From Bdellovibrionota bacterium (GTDB taxonomy: Bacteria; Bdellovibrionota; Bdellovibrionia; Bdellovibrionales; JAMPXM01): a stretch of DNA of 34,800 bases. Positions 32,933-34,800 of the stretch are shown piece by piece; within the stretch, counting starts at the first letter, position 1; every line of letters starts with the position of its first letter. Under the pieces are notes generated by a model. The model was given only the letters and a program-made list of their open reading frames with translations, was not told the DNA's origin and did not search any database. Both the position numbers and the translations under genes were made by a program. The stretch spans positions 1 to 34,800 of the forward strand of contig JAZKJB010000292.1 of assembly GCA_040384505.1 (NCBI GenBank), read 5' to 3'.

Positions 32933-34800
32933 TCAATCGCCACCTTCGCGATCGGGTCCGCCCAGAAGCTGGCGCTGGAGATTCATGAACTCCTCCAGCT
33001 TGGCGGCACTCGGGCGATCGCGAATTTCTTGCGTCATCTCGCGGAGCTGAGCCTTCTGGAAACGGGTTTTGACCGAGCCCAGATAAGACGCCATGAGCTT
33101 TTTGATCTCCACTTCGGAAACATCCTCCGGCGTCAGCGGGACCGAAACCCCCAGAAGCCCGGGCTGATCCACTTCGCTCGCCAAGTTCGCGGCCAGGTTG
33201 GCGAAGCTCTCGGGTTTCTCGTCGTACCGGCGAACGGCCCGGAGCAGGAGGGTGCGAACACCCTCGTGAGAGAACACCGCGGCCACTTCGGTCGGCCCGG
33301 CCTCCAGGAATTCCCGCATGTGGATTTCGTTATGCAGGATCAAGCTCAAGACGAAGATTTCGTCCTTCTGAGCTCCCTTCATTACGACCCTCGGCGCAGG
33401 CTCCTCGGTTAACGCCTCGGGCTTCTGCTCCAGCAGAGGGGCAGAACCCTGACGGGCCTCGTCGTGAAAGGGCCGCGGCGAGGCGGATTGGCCACCACCT
33501 TGAGAAGCACCCGATGGCCCCGGCCCAGAAGCCTGGGGAGACGTGCGAACGGTTCGCGCTTGAAGCGCGGAAGTCGACTGTTGAAGGGCGCGGCGAAGCC
33601 AGTTCATGTCGACGTCGAGCTGATTCGTCATCTCGAGGAGATAGAGATCCATCAGCTGGCGGTTCTGCATTCCTTTGAGTGCCATCGCCGCTTCGTCGAC
33701 GATTTGAACTTTTTCGCTAGCCGACCCATGGTAATTCGCCATCCACCGCTTCGTGAGCAGCAGATTGAAGAGCTCGGGGGCCCTCGCGATCTCGGTCCTC
33801 AGCGCATCCGCTCCGTTCGATTTCACGTAATCATCCGGATCCATTTTGTCGGGAAGCACGAAACCTTTGGGCATCAGGCCCGCTTCGAGCAAAACCGGAA
33901 GCGAGCGCTCGGCTCCACTGATTCCGGCTTCGTCACCGTCGAGAAGCATCTTCACGTTCACGGTGTAACGCTTCAAAAGCTTCGCGTGCTCGGGAGTGAA
34001 AGCGGTTCCGAGGATCGCGACGACGTTCTTGATGCCAGCCGCGTATAGCGAGATCGCGTCCATGTAACCTTCGACGACGATCGCTTCGTCCTGCGCGCGA
34101 ATGAACTTTCCGGTTTCGTGCAGGCCATAGAGCACGCGACTCTTGTTGAAGACGGGTGAGTCGGAGGAGTTCACGTACTTCGGAAGTGCATCGCCGAGCG
34201 TACGTCCGCCGAAACCGATCACGTCGCTCGTCGGAGAGAAAATCGGGAACATCAATCGATCACGAAAGAGGTCGAAATATTGTTCCGCGAGAGCGCCGGT
34301 CCTCGGCGCATTTTTTTTGGGCTTAACGAGGCCGAGCGCTTCGGCCATCTCGAGCGGCACGCGCTTCGACTCGAAATGTTTCGCGAGTCCCTGCCAATCG
34401 TCGAGCGTGAGACCGAGGCGGAACTTTTCGACGATGTCGTCGCTGAGTCCCCGCTTCTCGAGATACTTCTTCGCGGGGCTGTCTTCGGTTTGCGACTTCA
34501 GTTGATGATGGAAGAACACTCCGGCCGCGCGATTGATCTTGAGATAGAGATCTTTCTGATCGCTCGAAAGCCCGGTGCGTTTCGGCTGACCCGGCTCCGG
34601 CTCTGGCAGCGGGATCGAGGCTCGGCGCGCGAGGAATTCGACGGACTCCGGGAACGACATCCCGTTGTACGTCTCGAGGAACGTGAAAACGTTCCCGCCT
34701 TTTTTGCAGCCGTAACAAAAATAAAGTTGGTTGTCTTCAGTGACCGAGAAGCTCGGGGACTTGTCGGAATGGTCCGGAAACGGACAACGGCCCATCAAGC
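32933..34800 (-). CDS. dnaG: DNA primase; N-terminus truncated by the window edge
   Basis: CHC2 zinc finger CPFPDHSDKSPSFSV...YFCYGCKKGGNVFTFL. TOPRIM region AIVVEGYMDAISLYAAGIKNVVAILGTAFTPEH...LLDGDEAG. The ORF is still open at 34800. Confidence 0.95.
   Translation of the reverse strand, partial: LMGRCPFPDHSDKSPSFSVTEDNQLYFCYGCKKGGNVFTFLETYNGMSFPESVEFLARRASIPLPEPEPGQPKRTGLSSDQKDLYLKINRAAGVFFHHQLKSQTEDSPAKKYLEKRGLSDDIVEKFRLGLTLDDWQGLAKHFESKRVPLEMAEALGLVKPKKNAPRTGALAEQYFDLFRDRLMFPIFSPTSDVIGFGGRTLGDALPKYVNSSDSPVFNKSRVLYGLHETGKFIRAQDEAIVVEGYMDAISLYAAGIKNVVAILGTAFTPEHAKLLKRYTVNVKMLLDGDEAGISGAERSLPVLLEAGLMPKGFVLPDKMDPDDYVKSNGADALRTEIARAPELFNLLLTKRWMANYHGSASEKVQIVDEAAMALKGMQNRQLMDLYLLEMTNQLDVDMNWLRRALQQSTSALQARTVRTSPQASGPGPSGASQGGGQSASPRPFHDEARQGSAPLLEQKPEALTEEPAPRVVMKGAQKDEIFVLSLILHNEIHMREFLEAGPTEVAAVFSHEGVRTLLLRAVRRYDEKPESFANLAANLASEVDQPGLLGVSVPLTPEDVSEVEIKKLMASYLGSVKTRFQKAQLREMTQEIRDRPSAAKLEEFMNLQRQLLGGPDREGGD

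Noticed and set aside
1-34800. Search for CRISPR arrays, IS elements or terminal inverted repeats, prophage genes, toxin-antitoxin pairs and known defence-system genes
   Set aside because: There are no regularly spaced repeats. There are no transposase, integrase or recombinase-like ORFs, and no nuclease, helicase or ATPase combinations typical of defence systems. The window looks like core chromosome plus a glycan locus.

Overview
GC-rich bacterial chromosomal window from a Gram-negative-type organism (prepilin-type protein, outer-membrane beta-barrel, type-A RNase P RNA). The style resembles Bdellovibrionota or delta-proteobacteria-like genomes, but taxonomy cannot be settled from the sequence alone. 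Housekeeping anchors are rnpB (645-1041, -), a CAU-anticodon tRNA (28527-28600, -), rpoD (30802-32634, -) and a 5'-truncated dnaG (32933-34800, -). The roughly 27 kb between rnpB and rpoD is dominated by glycan or glycoconjugate genes. These are eight GT2-type enzymes (several with extra N-terminal domains), one GT4, one GT8-like GT-A enzyme and two GT-C-fold membrane proteins, one of which is split over two frames. There is also a Wzm/Wzt-type ABC-2 exporter, rfbD-rfbC and a CE4 polysaccharide deacetylase. This glycan region is interrupted by an OM beta-barrel / AidB-like acyl-CoA dehydrogenase / GYF-PilZ / hemerythrin block. I see no CRISPR array, IS element, integrase, phage gene or recognisable defence gene. 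Four things look least described. (1) A divergent pair of paralogous two-domain GT2 proteins, one of which has a CxxxCxxC motif at its N-terminus. (2) A prepilin-like, Cys-rich protein sandwiched between a GT-C membrane protein and a Dpm1-like polyprenyl-phosphate glycosyltransferase, which may be a pilin-glycosylation module. (3) An HprK-related kinase, a TM-less SipW/Sec11-type (S26B-like) peptidase and a nucleotidyltransferase-like protein embedded around the ABC exporter. (4) A secreted protein built from two Cys-rich tandem repeats behind a (Gly-Pro)n linker. All functional calls rest on motifs read by eye. No database search was run.
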